DNA of 63,907 bases, the filler included, from Thraustochytrium aureum (Eukaryota), in assembly GCA_012862495.1 (NCBI GenBank). It is 5 parts of 3 records of this genome, joined end to end, with 100 filler letters (N's around TTAATTAATTAA, not from the genome) between each part and the next. Parts side by side here need not be neighbours in the genome. Positions count along the whole stretch, not along the records: positions 1 to 29,703 come from BLSG01000085.1; positions 29,804 to 56,385 come from BLSG01000086.1; 3 more parts are not named here. One strand, 5' to 3'. The position numbers and the translations under genes were made by a program. Of the stretch, positions 21,827 to 33,753 are shown piece by piece. Position 1 is the stretch's first letter. The number at the start of each line of letters is the position of its first letter. Below the pieces are notes generated by a model, which worked only from the letters and a program-made list of their open reading frames with translations, was not told the DNA's origin and did no database searches.

Positions 21827-23762
21827 ATGTGGCCTGCGAAGGTGGTGCTCGCGCTGGGGTGGTGCGCGGCGGCCGCGGCTGAGGCGGCCGCGGAGGGGCC
21901 CGCTGATGTCGATGTGAGGGTGAGGGCGTGGAGGCGTTCGTGGCGCGCACGCCAGAGTTGAGCCTGCTGGAGGCCCTGGAGGAGGACCGCGTCGGCGACC
22001 TGCTGCTGGTCTATGATGAACGCAACCCACTCGCTTGCGAGAGTATGGATGACGTCGTGGCGCCGACGGCGCTGTTCGCGCTGGTTGCGGAGCGCGGCGA
22101 TTGCGGGTTCGCGAACAAGTCCGCCGTCGCACAGGCCATGGGGGCGAGCATGCTGGTCGTCATTGGCACGGAAGGCGCGCTGTACAACACCACGAGCAAG
22201 ACCATGCTGGACCCTGCTCTACCAACTGTCTCGCATCGAGCAGCATGGACAAGGGCGAGTGCGAGAGCGGGTGCAAGTCGGGCGTCTGCGCGCGCAACCC
22301 GCTCCTGGACACGAGCGCACCGTTCTGCTGCGTGGAGGCCGACCTCGTGACGATGAGCCTCGGAGACGAGGCCGGAATTGCGGCCATCTACGTCCCGATC
22401 TCCGCCTCGCGCGCCATGCTCGAGGCGATCCGCGCGGGCGGCGCCACGATGGCGGTCTCTGAGCGTTCGGCCGTCCAGTTTGACGGGTCCATGATAGTCA
22501 TCCTGCTCGTTGGGTCGCTGGTGACGGCAGCGGCCAGCTACCGCGCCGCTCGCTCGGAGCGCCTCCGCGCCTCGTGGCTGTGGAGCAAGGGGCAAATGAG
22601 CGACGCCCCGCCCAGCGCGCGGCTGGGCGGCCGCCACGGCAACATGGACGACGAGATCGAGTCGGTGACGCTGGGCCTGAGCGCCGTGGCTTGCTTTATC
22701 GTGTTCTGCTCGGCCGCGCTAGTTGGCTTGTTCTTCCTGGCGCGCTCGTACCCGCAAGAGACGGTCATCGCGGTGCAGATTTTGTTCGGCCTCAGCGCGG
22801 CGGGCGCGTTCTCGCACTTCTTCATCCGCCCGCTTCTGGTCAAGGCCTGGCCCGGCCTGGCCGGGTCCAGGTGCATCGCGCGGGGCATACCGCGCCTCGG
22901 TGACGTCGACCTGGGGTCCTGGGACTCGGTGATCGGGCTCTCGCTGTCGACGTGCCTCGTTGTGTGGTGGTTTGTCGCACGGCACCAAGCGTACGCCTGG
23001 ATCTTGCTCGACCTCCTTGCCGCCTCTGTTTGCTGCATGTTTCTCGTCGCCATTCGGCTGCCCAACATGCAGCTGGCCTGCATCATGCTAGCTTTGTTTT
23101 TCGTGTACGACATTTTCATGGTCTTTGTGTCGCCTTCGCTCACCGGGGGTGCCAGCATCATGGTCGACGTCGCGACAGCGGGGAAGGGCACGGCTGTGGC
23201 GGATGCGAGCGACAACCTGATTTGCGCGCGGACGCGGACGGAGCGGATGCCCATGCTGTTCCTCGTGCCGCGTTTTTCGGACCCGGGGAGCTACGCGCTG
23301 CTCGGGCTTGGGGATGTTTTCATTCCGGGCTTGTTGATCGCCTACGCGTGCCGGTTCGACTATCTCAAGGCCGAGTCCAAGGGCCCGCCCGTGGCGTCGT
23401 GGTTCAAGTTGCACCAGTACTTTTGGCCGCTCTGCGTGGCCTACTTTGTCGCGCTGCTTGTGACGCTGTTGGCCAACCTCTTCGGCCTCAGCTTTGGGAC
23501 GCAGGTGAAGGGCCAGCCCGCCCTGCTCTACTTGGTGCCTGCGACTACGGGCACTTTTTTGTTCCTCGCCTGGTTGCGCGGTGACCTGAGCAACTTGTGG
23601 AGGTACTCTTACGACGAGCTTGTCACGATAATGCTGGGCGAAGCGCCCGTGGGCGCGGAGGGCGCCGGCCGCGTGCACGCCGATAGCGACGAGATCACGG
23701 TCTCGTCGAGTGATGGGGGCGGGGAGACGGGTTTGATTTCGCAAGAGCCGCTCAGGAGCTAA
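21827..23762 (+). CDS. Signal peptide peptidase-like (SPPL2-type, A22B) aspartyl protease with PA domain; two frameshifts
   Basis: Signal peptide MWPAKVVLALGWC. PA-domain motif LVAERGDCGFANKSAVAQAMGA. Catalytic FVYDIFMVF, LLGLGDVFIPG and GQPALLYLVP. Shifts near 21916 and 22213. Confidence 0.92.
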
Positions 23763-24018
23763 CGTTTCTTTCTTTCTTCTTCTCTTATTACCTTTTTTTT
23801 CTTTTTCTTTTGCCTTGTGCGCCCGGGTGCAGTCGGCGCAGGTGTTCTCCCGCGTCGCCCGATGAACAAGGTGGTCGTGCAAGTCGCGCGAGCGGCCGTC
23901 TAACGCGCTGCGAACCGAGCAGTCATTCGTCATTTGCCTTGGGTGGATTCTAGCGCAATGTGTCGCCAATTCCGCTCGCTCGGCTCCGCGCTGGTGCAGC
24001 GCGCTTCGCCAGGGCCGC

Positions 24019-24594
24019 CTAGTTGGTCGAGATAGACTCGCCAAGGCCACGCGCTGTGGTGCTCGACCGGTGCAGGAGCGTCACGAGCGACTGGTGGCCG
24101 TATTTTTGCGCATACACCGAGGCTGACTCCCCGTTGTTGCAGACCACCTCGGCCAGGGCCAGCCCTCGCGGCTTGGCGATGGAGTCGCGCCGCTCCGTCT
24201 CAGCCGCTTTTGCGAGCAGGGCCTTCACCACAGCTTTGCGGCCATACTTGCACGCTGCCATGAGCGGTGTCTCCCCGTACAGGTTGGTGCACAGCAGCTG
24301 CGACGCCGGTCCCGAGTCGAGCAAGACCCGCACAACCTTGAGGTGGCCGTGAAAAGCGGCGCAGTGCAGCGGCCAGTTACCGGTGATAGGGTTGGCCTTG
24401 GGCACGGCGCCGCACTCAATCAGGCGGCTCACCACGGCTCCCTTACCAGCGACGCAGGCCAGTTCAAGCCCGGAGCTCCCCGTTGGCGAGGCCCAGGCGA
24501 CGCAGGACTTGTTCGTCGAGCCGAGAATCCTGTCGACCTCGGCAAGCTGGCCGTCCTGGCAGGCCGCAAACCAGCGCGACTTGTCCAGCTCCAT
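24019..24594 (-). CDS. Small ankyrin-repeat protein
   Basis: GNWPLHCAAFHGHLKVVRVLL, GETPLMAACKYGRKAVVKALL, GESASVYAQKYGHQSLVTLL. Likely start MELDKSRW at 24594. Confidence 0.85.
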   Translation of the reverse strand: MELDKSRWFAACQDGQLAEVDRILGSTNKSCVAWASPTGSSGLELACVAGKGAVVSRLIECGAVPKANPITGNWPLHCAAFHGHLKVVRVLLDSGPASQLLCTNLYGETPLMAACKYGRKAVVKALLAKAAETERRDSIAKPRGLALAEVVCNNGESASVYAQKYGHQSLVTLLHRSSTTARGLGESISTN

Positions 24595-24614
24595 CGCGGG
24601 CGGCGCTGCCTTTC

Positions 24615-24716
24615 CGGGCCGTGCCTTGCCGGTCTGTGCCTTGCCGTGCCTTGCCGGGCCGTGCCTTGCCGGGCCGTGCCTTGCCGGGCCGTGCCTGGCC
24701 TGGCCTGGCCGTGCCT
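24615..24716. repeat. Degenerate 5/15-bp repeat (GGGCCGTGCCTTGCC) upstream of the ankyrin gene
   Basis: Direct observation. Confidence 0.8.
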
Positions 24717-25391
24717 GCGAGAGATTTTGCGTTTTGTTTTTGTTTGGTGCCCTGAACGGACACATTTCCATTAGCGCAACACCTAACCGAAGCCGGCGAA
24801 AACCTAACCGAAGGGCCGCAAGCGCCGAGGCAAGAAAGAAGGCAAGGCAAACCTCCCTGATCGAGTCAGAGCCTTGGACGCCACGACTGTAAATCGCTCT
24901 CTTTTTTTTTAAACTTTCGGCGGGAAACGTCCTCGCGTCGCGGGCAAACCAAACTCAATCTCTCTTTTCTCTCTCGCTCGAACCAACTCCTTTGCTTTGT
25001 AGGAAGCGGCCCGAGCCGCCCACGCCGGCAGCGCGGGCGCCCCCGGAAACTGCCACGGGCCAACAAATGACTCTGCGGCAGCGAATCACTGCACGCAGGC
25101 CAAGCCCGCGCACGAACCAGAGACGCCCAAACACCACGACCCCAGACACCTCCACACGCCAGCAACCGGACGCAGGCCCTGGAAGCTGTTGGCAGACAGA
25201 GCGGTTCGCCCTCAATTCTCTCATTTCGCTCTCGCTCGATGCTCTTGCACACACAAACAGACAGACGCCGACGACGCGCCGGAGGGCGCGGCGTCAGACA
25301 ATCACCAACTCGTAGGCCCGCGCGAGGCGGGCACGCCGCGGCAGGCGCGACGGGCCCGACCCGCGCTTGGGGGCCCGGGAGCGTGGAAAAC

Positions 25392-26426
25392 CTAGGCGTA
25401 GATGCGGAGGAGGGTGTCCCAGGAGCCTGTACAGAGGGCCTGGCCGTCCTTTTGCACGCCGACGCACGAGACGCGGTTGTCCTGGCCGGCGAGGGTCTGC
25501 ACGGGCGCGGTGGAGTCGCCCTCGTTCTTGGTCGTGTCCCAGACGTTGGCCTTGAAGTCGTCGTAGCCGCCGATGAGGAGGCGGCCCGAGATGGAAAAGG
25601 CCACTGAGGTGATGCCGCAGAGGATGGACTGGTTGTTGAACGAGTTGATCTCCTGGTAGGCGCGCAGGTCGTAGAGGCGGCAGCTCGAGTCGTCGGAGCC
25701 CGTGCCGAAGGCCGTGCCGTTCGGGAAGAAGGAGACGTCGTTGATGTCCGACTCGTGGCCGTCAAAGGTGATCACAGCGCGCTGTTGCGGATGTCCCAGA
25801 GTTTGCAGGTCGCATCGCACGAGCCAGAGACGAACTGGTTGGGGTCGGTGGGCGAGGGGCTGACCGACATGACGTCGCCGCTGTGGTCGGCGAACTTGCG
25901 GACCGGGCTGCCGGTGTCGATGTTCCAGAGCTGGCAGGTCGAGTCACCGGAGGAGGTGATGATCTGCGACTGGTCCCAAGAAGCGGCAGCAGGACAAGTA
26001 GCCGTCGTGGCCCGAGAGCTCGCAGCTGGCGCGGTTGAGCGCGGTGTCGGTGTTGAGCGGGTAGATCGAGCACATGTTGTCGAGGCCGCCGCAGGCGACG
26101 AGCTTGTTCTGGGTCTGCTCGAACGCGCAGGTCATGACCCAGGACGAGCGGAGCGGGATGGCCTGGATCTTGTTGGTCGTGTTGCCGTTCCAGATAATAA
26201 GTTTCCCGTCCTGCGAGGCGCTCACCAGCTTTTCGCTGCCGGCGCCGGCCCAGTGCATGGCGTACACCTTGCCAAAGTGGCCCTTGAGCGTGCGGCGGAT
26301 GCGCATCTGGTTGATGGCGCCCTTTTGCGTGCTGTCGAACCCGCCGTTGTTTTTCGCCTGCCGCGCGGCCTGCAGCTCGGCCTTGAGCTGCCGGAGGCGC
26401 TCCTTGATCTCCTGGATGTCACCCAT
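25392..26426 (-). CDS. GNB: Heterotrimeric G-protein beta subunit; two compensating indels
   Basis: [91 protein letters not shown]. The middle part ([14 protein letters not shown]...[16 protein letters not shown]) lies in another frame because of one extra base near 25975 and one missing base near 25781. Confidence 0.97.
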
Positions 26427-27370
26427 CTTGTCCTTCGGTGTACACACCTACCTTGCACGACCCTTCCTCCCTCCCTCCCTCCCTCTTGCGCGCGCCTCGC
26501 TCCGCACCGCCGCGCCGCCCGCCCGCGGCCTCACGCCCTCCTCCCTTGCTCCCTTCCTCGCGCACTCTTGCAACACAGTGCTTCCCCGTCGCGGCCGCGC
26601 GCGTCGCAGCACCCAAGCNNNNNNNNNNNNNNNNNNNNNNNNNNNNNNNNNNNNNNNNNNNNNNNNNNNNNNNNNNNNNNNNNNNNNNNNNNNNNNNNNN
26701 NNNNNNNNNNNNNNNNNNNNNNNNNNNNNNNNNNNNNNNNNNNNNNNNNNNNNNNNNNNNNNNNNNNNNNNNNNNNNNNNNNNNNNNNNNNNNNNNNNNN
26801 NNNNNNNNNNNNNNNNNNNNNNNNNNNNNNNNNNNNNNNNNNNNNNNNNNNNNNNNNNNNNNNNNNNNNNNNNNNNNNNNNNNNNNNNNNNNNNNNNNNN
26901 NNNNNNNNNNNNNNNNNNNNNNNNNNNNNNNNNNNNNNNNNNNNNNNNNNNNNNNNNNNNNNNNNNNNNNNNNNNNNNNNNNNNNNNNNNNNNNNNNNNN
27001 NNNNNNNNNNNNNNNNNNNNNNNNNNNNNNNNNNNNNNNNNNNNNNNNNNNNNNNNNNNNNNNNNNNNNNNNNNNNNNNNNNNNNNNNNNNNNNNNNNNN
27101 NNNNNNNNNNNNNNNNNNNNNNNNNNNNNNNGGAGGGAGGGAGGGAGGGTTTGGGAGGGCGGGAGGAGGTACCGGCCTAGTGGGTGGGTTGCAGGAGGGT
27201 GGATCTGGTGCACGCGAGGCGGTGTGCTGGCTCTGGCTTGTGAGGCAGACCGCACGGTGTGCGCGAATTGTGCGCTGCTGGTCCTGTTCTGCTGTTTCTT
27301 TCTTTCTTTCTTGCTTTTCTTTCTCTCTGCGCTGCTCTGCTGCTCTCTGGCCCTCTCTGGTCGGGTCGCA

Positions 27371-27418
27371 GGAAGGAAGGAAGGAAGGAAGGAAGGAAGG
27401 AAGGAAGGAAGGAAGGAA
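27371..27418. repeat. (GGAA)n microsatellite
   Basis: About 12 copies read directly. Confidence 0.95.
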
Positions 27419-28760
27419 GAGGGAAGACTGGATGCAATGGATAGATTGGAGGGAGAGTAGGCAGGAGGAGATGGGAGAGGGAAGGCTGTTTTGCGCTTTT
27501 GTTTTGGCGCCGTGGTTCTCTCTGGCGCGGGCGGATGCGTTTTGGGGCAGAGGGCCGGCTTGTTCACCTTCGCGGCCCTTTCGTCGTTGTTTTTCGCGTG
27601 TTTCTGGGCTCTGGTTTTTCGGGTGTAAATCGGGTTTGTGTATTGCACATCACGGAGGGAGTGGGGCAAGGTGAGTCGGAGACAGGTCGCATGGGAGGGA
27701 ATGAGATGCGCAGGTGGGCCGTGAGTGGGCGCGTGAGAGAGAGCAAGCAGATAGATTGCGTGGGTGGTTTTGACTCGGAGGCGCGCAATTCTACCTTTTC
27801 GTTGCCGCAGGGGCCGGCCGCCTCTCACGCCAGACCGCATTGCACGCGGAAGAGAGGAAGGAAGCGCAGGAGAACCCCGCGAGGCCTGTGAGGCGGGCGC
27901 CGCGAGAGGCTGCAGCGGGACGGAGGGAGGATCCAGCACGTGAGTTCTTCAGAAATGAATTCGCTCGTCCTTCCTTGCCAGTGGGAACTGCCTCGTTGAT
28001 GGTGGGTGGGTGGGCGGCCTCCGAGAGGGTCGGCCGATCCCTGCCAGCCGGAGTGCCTACCTGTTGCTTGCCTGCCTGCCTGCCTGCCTGCCTGAGGCTG
28101 CCTGCCTGCCTGCGAGCAGTTTCTTTTCTCTCCGGCTGGTCTCTCCTGCGCAGCTTGCACAGGGGCACCCGCGCCTCACAGGAGCATACCCAGCACGAAA
28201 GGGGGAGCAGGAGGAATCCACGTGCACACCTCGGCTCAAGAACTCGGGCGCCTCACATCGCTGCCAGAGGCAGGCACGTGGCGCTGCAGCACAACGCATG
28301 CACGCACGCACGCACGCAGGCAGGCTGGCAGGCACGCACGCACGCCCTCACGCCCTCCGAGCCTGCTCTGTTGCTTGCGTTTCGCATGTTTTACTCTCGG
28401 CACGGTGCACACCGGCACAGATTCAATTCGAGGCCGCAAGGGCCGCCAGGGTGTGCGCCATGCGGCACTCGAGTAGGGGCGGATCGGGGCCGAGATGCGC
28501 GCGGTGCACCCCCGGTGCGCCCGCAGAGCACCTTTTGCGCCGCGAGAGTCTGTGCAATGGCAGGTTTGTTCGCGCCGCCGCGGAGTTCGGAGAGCCGTCG
28601 TCACGCAGGCATGAGCTCTGCAGCCAATCGCACGAACGAATCAACGAACGAAAGACAGCCGAGGCAACAGCAAGGTCGCGAGTCGTCAACAAACGGTCGC
28701 CGAGCGCGCCCTCCGCTGCCCTTCGAGGTGCTCGAGTTGCGCGGATCGCTCACTCGGGGC

Positions 28761-29465
28761 TCACATCCCGAGACGCGGCGCAAGCAGGTCCCCCATCACT
28801 CGCGACAGCTCAAACACCGGCAGCCCAACGACGTTAAAGTAGCAGCCGTCGACGCCAGCGACCAGCGCCGCTCCAAGGCCTTGAATCCCGTACCCGCCCG
28901 CCTTGTCCATGGGCTCGCCGCTGTCGACATAGGCCTGGATGGTGTCCGGCGACAGAGCGGCGAAGCGCACTCGCGTTTCACAGCAGAGCTCTGCGCTCTC
29001 CCTCGACACGACGCGAGACTCCGAGGACGTCGCGCCGGCCAGCTCAAGCAAGACCACGGTCAGCCCGCTGACGACCGAGTGGGTCGACCCGCTGAAGCCG
29101 GCTAGCGTCTGGACGGCCTCGTCGCGAGTCTCTGGTTTCTCGAAAATCGCGCCGTCCTTGACCACGACGGTGTCGCAGCCGATCACGAGAACCAGGCCCT
29201 CGCGGCCGCCGGCTGCAAGGACTTGAGCCTCGACATCCTTGGCCTTTTCGACCGCGTACTCCTTGACGTAGTCGTGCGCGCGCCCCACGTACAGGGACTT
29301 GTCGTAGTCCTCTTTGAACGCGCTCGGCACGACGCTCACTGGGACGCGGCCCCCGAGCACATTTTCGCGAAGCAGCTCGCTCCGTCGGGGGCTCTTCGAC
29401 CCAAGCACAACGTGCAGCTTGCCTTGACCGGCGAGCTCCTCAGCCCTCGCGAGCAGCCTCAGCAT
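28761..29465 (-). CDS. Maf-family nucleoside triphosphate pyrophosphatase (YhdE/ASMTL-like)
   Basis: VVLGSKSPRR, KAKDV, VIGCDTVV, EKP, SGSTHSVVSG, YVDSGEPMDKAGGYGIQG, GCYFNVVGLP. Confidence 0.93.
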   Translation of the reverse strand: MLRLLARAEELAGQGKLHVVLGSKSPRRSELLRENVLGGRVPVSVVPSAFKEDYDKSLYVGRAHDYVKEYAVEKAKDVEAQVLAAGGREGLVLVIGCDTVVVKDGAIFEKPETRDEAVQTLAGFSGSTHSVVSGLTVVLLELAGATSSESRVVSRESAELCCETRVRFAALSPDTIQAYVDSGEPMDKAGGYGIQGLGAALVAGVDGCYFNVVGLPVFELSRVMGDLLAPRLGM

Positions 29466-29747
29466 TCTCTTGGGCGCCCGCAGCCGCCAAGACAGCGCAC
29501 CGCCTCGCGGCTCGCCACAGGCAGCCCTGCCTGTCACCGGCGCCAGGCAGACAACACCAGACAACTGCGCCGGGGCAAACCGCCGAGCCAGGCCGGCCAG
29601 CGCGCGCAGCCAGGCGCACAGCACGAAGCCGCCGCCGGAGCGCCGTCAACCAGCTCTCCCGCAGCAGCAGTACCCTCAGCTCGAGAGTTGGATCCCTCTC
29701 TAGNNNNNNNNNNNNNNNNNNNNNNNNNNNNNNNNNNNNNNNNNNNN

Positions 29748-29759
29748 TTAATTAATTAA
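29748..29759. other. Artificial contig/scaffold linker TTAATTAATTAA
   Basis: A 12-mer with stops in all six frames, flanked by ~44 N on each side. Identical copies at 56430, 61471 and 62701. Confidence 0.97.
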
Positions 29760-29840
29760 NNNNNNNNNNNNNNNNNNNNNNNNNNNNNNNNNNNNNNNNN
29801 NNNGGGGGCAGCGCGCCCGCTCGCGCTTGCCGCAGGCGCG

Positions 29841-31010
29841 ATGAACGATGACGCTTTTGTCGAGCCACCGGCGATGCAGCACTGCGTGGAGATCCTGACG
29901 GCCGGGTACGTCCAGAGCTTTGTGGACTTTTTCTATCTAACAAACAAGGAGCCGTCGGCTGGGCAGGTCGGGCAAGGCGCCAAGGCGGAGCCAGCCCCCA
30001 GCGTTGTCACTGAGAGCAAGGGCCCAGAGCAAGACGAGGGCATCGACCTTGCGCTTGTCAGCGAAAGGCTTACAGCCGCGGAGAAGGCGCGCCGGTCCGG
30101 CAACCCCGAGGTCGTCTTTGAAAACTACGAAGCCCTCGCGGACTACTATGCTGCTTCAGGCAGCGCGCAGACGAGCGTGCACTTTTTCACCAAGTGCCTA
30201 AAGCTCGCGCAACTGGTCAACGATGCCGAGCGCGAGAAGCAGGCCACGTTCAAGCTCGCCCAGGCGCTCAGTACGATAAAGTCCGAGACAGAGCAGGCCA
30301 TCCAGCACCACGAGAGGCACCTTCGGCTCGCCACAGAGTCTCGGGACGAAGCCGCTTGCGCCCGCGCGAGAGAGGAGCTCATTGCCGTGTATGACAGGCG
30401 CGCCGCAGAGCTCGAGGACGTCGACATCCACACGGCGGTTGCACTGTTAGAAAAACTGCTAAAGCTTGCCACGGAGAGCAAGGCGCTCGACAAGAAGGCT
30501 GCGGCCAACTTTCGGCTCGGCAAGGCCTTCAACCAGCTAGGCAAGCCAGAGCGAGCCATCGTAGCCCTCACCCAGAGCCTCGACTACGCGCAGCTCCAAG
30601 AGGACATTCGAGCGCAAGGCGAGGCCTGCGCCGCGCTCGCAGACGCCTACCTCCTCGTCGAGTCCAAGACGGCCAAGGCGGTCGAATACTTGCAGGAGAC
30701 GCGCAAGATCGCCATCCAGAACGGCGACAACCACGTGCAGAGCCGCGCCTGTCGCAAGCTCGGGTCTGTCTTCACGAAAGCCGGCGACCACGAGCAGGCA
30801 GTGCGCTTTTACGAGCAGCACTTTGAGTTGACGCGGAAGGAGGCCAAGCTCGGCGCCACGGACCTGGACGAGGTCGATCACGCCCGCGTGCTTCTCGGCG
30901 TGGCGCTCAAAAACGCTCGGCGTTCGGCGCTGCGCAAAATGGTCCGCGGTTGCAACGTCAACGTCCTGCTCACCTGGAAGACGGCGCGCGAGTTCGCGGC
31001 CGAGTATTGA
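29841..31010 (+). CDS. TTC29: Tetratricopeptide repeat protein 29-like (axonemal)
   Basis: N-terminal CVEILTAGYVQSFVDFFYL, LTAAEKARRSG...VFENYEALADYY, TPR helices and C-terminal LLTWK resemble TTC29. Confidence 0.75.
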   Translation: MNDDAFVEPPAMQHCVEILTAGYVQSFVDFFYLTNKEPSAGQVGQGAKAEPAPSVVTESKGPEQDEGIDLALVSERLTAAEKARRSGNPEVVFENYEALADYYAASGSAQTSVHFFTKCLKLAQLVNDAEREKQATFKLAQALSTIKSETEQAIQHHERHLRLATESRDEAACARAREELIAVYDRRAAELEDVDIHTAVALLEKLLKLATESKALDKKAAANFRLGKAFNQLGKPERAIVALTQSLDYAQLQEDIRAQGEACAALADAYLLVESKTAKAVEYLQETRKIAIQNGDNHVQSRACRKLGSVFTKAGDHEQAVRFYEQHFELTRKEAKLGATDLDEVDHARVLLGVALKNARRSALRKMVRGCNVNVLLTWKTAREFAAEY

Positions 31011-32568
31011 TGAAGATCCAGATACAAAAACAAACAAAACACACTGGCGGCAGAGTAGAGTACACTCGATGACGCCTCACCACCAACGGCTGCCCCAGCG
31101 CGTTCTGATGAAGCAGCAGGCCAGGGTCCTCTTCGCTGGTGGTCGAGGCACGGCGGACGGACCTCCCTTATTTCGTGTGGTTGCGCGAATCCTCGACTAT
31201 TTCGTGTGGTTGCGAGAAACACTACGGCCAAGGTGAACAAGGCCGGAGCACCAGAGAAGCAGAGCAAGCAGACCTCCAACGCGCGGCGGCGCCGAGGCAG
31301 GGGCGGGCCCCTCGGGGCGCCCAGCGCCAGAGCGCCCGGCCAACCATTGGGGGCTGGCGCGCTCTGGCGCTGGCGACGGGCTTCTCTTGCCAGGGCGAGA
31401 AGGACTGCGGGAGTGGCTGATGCAGGTACGTCGGTCGCGCTGGGGTGGTGGTGGTGGTGGGGCGGTGGGTGGGGTGGGCGNNNNNNNNNNNNNNNNNNNN
31501 NNNNNNNNNNNNNNNNNNNNNNNNNNNNNNNNNNNNNNNNNNNNNNNNNNNNNNNNNNNNNNNNNNNNNNNNNNNNNNNNNNNNNNNNNNNNNNNNNNNN
31601 NNNNNNNNNNNNNNNNNNNNNNNNNNNNNNNNNNNNNNNNNNNNNNNNNNNNNNNNNNNNNNNNNNNNNNNNNNNNNNNNNNNNNNNNNNNNNNNNNNNN
31701 NNNNNNNNNNNNNNNNNNNNNNNNNNNNNNNNNNNNNNNNNNNNNNNNNNNNNNNNNNNNNNNNNNNNNNNNNNNNNNNNNNNNNNNNNNNNNNNNNNNN
31801 NNNNNNNNNNNNNNNNNNNNNNNNNNNNNNNNNNNNNNNNNNNNNNNNNNNNNNNNNNNNNNNNNNNNNNNNNNNNNNNNNNNNNNNNNNNNNNNNNNNN
31901 NNNNNNNNNNNNNNNNNNNNNNNNNNNNNNNNNNNNNNNNNNNNNNNNNNNNNNNNNNNNNNNNNNNNNNNNNNNNNNNNNNNNNNNNNNNNNNNNNNNN
32001 NNNNNNNNNNNNNNNNNNNNNNNNNNNNNNNNNNNNNNNNNNNNNNNNNNNNNNNNNNNNNNNNNNNNNNNNNNNNNNNNNNNNNNNNNNNNNNNNNNNN
32101 NNNNNNNNNNNNNNNNNNNNNNNNNNNNNNNNNNNNNNNNNNNNNNNNNNNNNNNNNNNNNNNNNNNNNNNNNNNNNNNNNNNNNNNNNNNNNNNNNNNN
32201 NNNNNNNNNNNNNNNNNNNNNNNNNNNNNNNNNNNNNNNNNNNNNNNNNNNNNNNNNNNNNNNNNNNNNNNNNNNNNNNNNNNNNNNNNNNNNNNNNNNN
32301 NNNNNNNNNNNNNNNNNNNNNNNNNNNNNNNNNNNNNNNNNNNNNNNNNNNNNNNNNNNNNNNNNNNNNNNNNNNNNNNNNNNNNNNNNNNNNNNNNNNN
32401 CGCTCTCCTCGAGCAGCGCCCAGTCCGGCCCGCGCTTGCCGTGCAGGCAAGCCACGCAGACGCTGGCGAGGACGCTTGCTGTGCAGTCAGGCTGTGCAGT
32501 CAAGCTGTGCAGAGGCTGGCGAGGCCGCGGTAGCGCTTCGCGCAGGACCGTGCTGGTGGGCAAGCACG

Positions 32569-33753
32569 ATGGCCGCAGACCCTGGGCCACCGAGCGCAAC
32601 GTCGAGCTCAGTGCAGATCAAGCTCGAGCGTGTGGACCGCACATATGTGCCGGGCGACGTGGTGCGCGGGAGCGTGGTCATCAGGACGCACCATGCGACG
32701 ATGGCCTATTCGTCAGTGTGCCTGGCCGTGGAAGGAGGCACCAAGCTGCACCTGAACGCGCGCAACGTTGGCCTGCTCGAGGCCTTCTACAGCACGATCG
32801 AGCCGCAGGTGTTCTTCAGCAAGCAGGTGCCCGTCGCAAGCAGCGGCGTTGCCGCCAGGGGCGAAACCGCCATTCCGTTCGAGTTTGTTCTCGAGCCGTC
32901 CCGGCACCAACCAGCGCGCGTCGGCGCGAGCCTTTGGGGCTCGCCAACAAAAGACAGCCCCCCCCAACAGTTCTGCGACACTTATCATGGTGTCTACATC
33001 AACACAGACTACATCATTCGTGTGGAGGTTCGGCGCGGCCTCTTGTCGACAGTGTTGGCCTCCGAGCTCGAGTTTATTGTTCACGTCCCTGGAGCCGGCC
33101 CGGTCCCAGAGGAGCCAGCCGAAGTGGACCAGACAGACGACCAGGCCTCAGAAACCAGCAGTGTTTGCTCGAAGGAAGCAGCAACAAGGGACGCAAGCAC
33201 AGCGGCCTCTAGTCGCACCAGTACGCCCTTGTCGGCGCAGAGCCGGCACCGGGCCACACATTTTCTTATCGCCCCCGAAACCCTTGAGAACGTTTCGAGC
33301 GAGGACGAGCTCGAGCGGATCCCGCGCTTCAAGGTTCACGGCAAACTGCACCGACTCGTGTGCTCCATTACAGAGCCCTTGACTGGCGAGCTCACGGTCG
33401 AGGAGGCCGCGGTACCTGTCGCGTCGCTCGATTTGCAGCTGGTTCGCATCGAGACGGTCGCGTACAGCGAGGGCGTCGCTCAAGAAGCCACCGAGGTACA
33501 GATGTTGCAGATTGGGGACGGCGACGTTTGCAGAGGGCTCGCAATACCAATATTTCTCGTCCTCCCGAGGCTGTTCACCTGTCCGACGCTGCGTACGGAG
33601 ACCTTTCGCGTCGACTTTGAACTCAATTTAATCATCTCGTTCCAGGACGGCACGGTGATCACAGAGAGCTTCCCGCTCGAGCTCTATCGGCCCACTGCGA
33701 GCTCCACGTCGTTCGCGCAGGAGCTGCCTCGGCCTCTTGCGAAAGCTTGCTAG
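32569..33753 (+). CDS. VPS26C: VPS26C/DSCR3 (retriever complex, arrestin fold)
   Basis: IPFEF, TYHGVYINTDY, LQLVRIET, EATEVQMLQIGDGDVCRGL.IPIFLVLPRLFTCPTL...FRVDFELN. Confidence 0.93.
   Translation: MAADPGPPSATSSSVQIKLERVDRTYVPGDVVRGSVVIRTHHATMAYSSVCLAVEGGTKLHLNARNVGLLEAFYSTIEPQVFFSKQVPVASSGVAARGETAIPFEFVLEPSRHQPARVGASLWGSPTKDSPPQQFCDTYHGVYINTDYIIRVEVRRGLLSTVLASELEFIVHVPGAGPVPEEPAEVDQTDDQASETSSVCSKEAATRDASTAASSRTSTPLSAQSRHRATHFLIAPETLENVSSEDELERIPRFKVHGKLHRLVCSITEPLTGELTVEEAAVPVASLDLQLVRIETVAYSEGVAQEATEVQMLQIGDGDVCRGLAIPIFLVLPRLFTCPTLRTETFRVDFELNLIISFQDGTVITESFPLELYRPTASSTSFAQELPRPLAKAC

Noticed and set aside
27840..28760. Long plus-strand ORFs upstream of G-beta and downstream of Maf
   Set aside because: Derived from microsatellite-rich (GCCT, GCAC) intergenic DNA with no domain signal.
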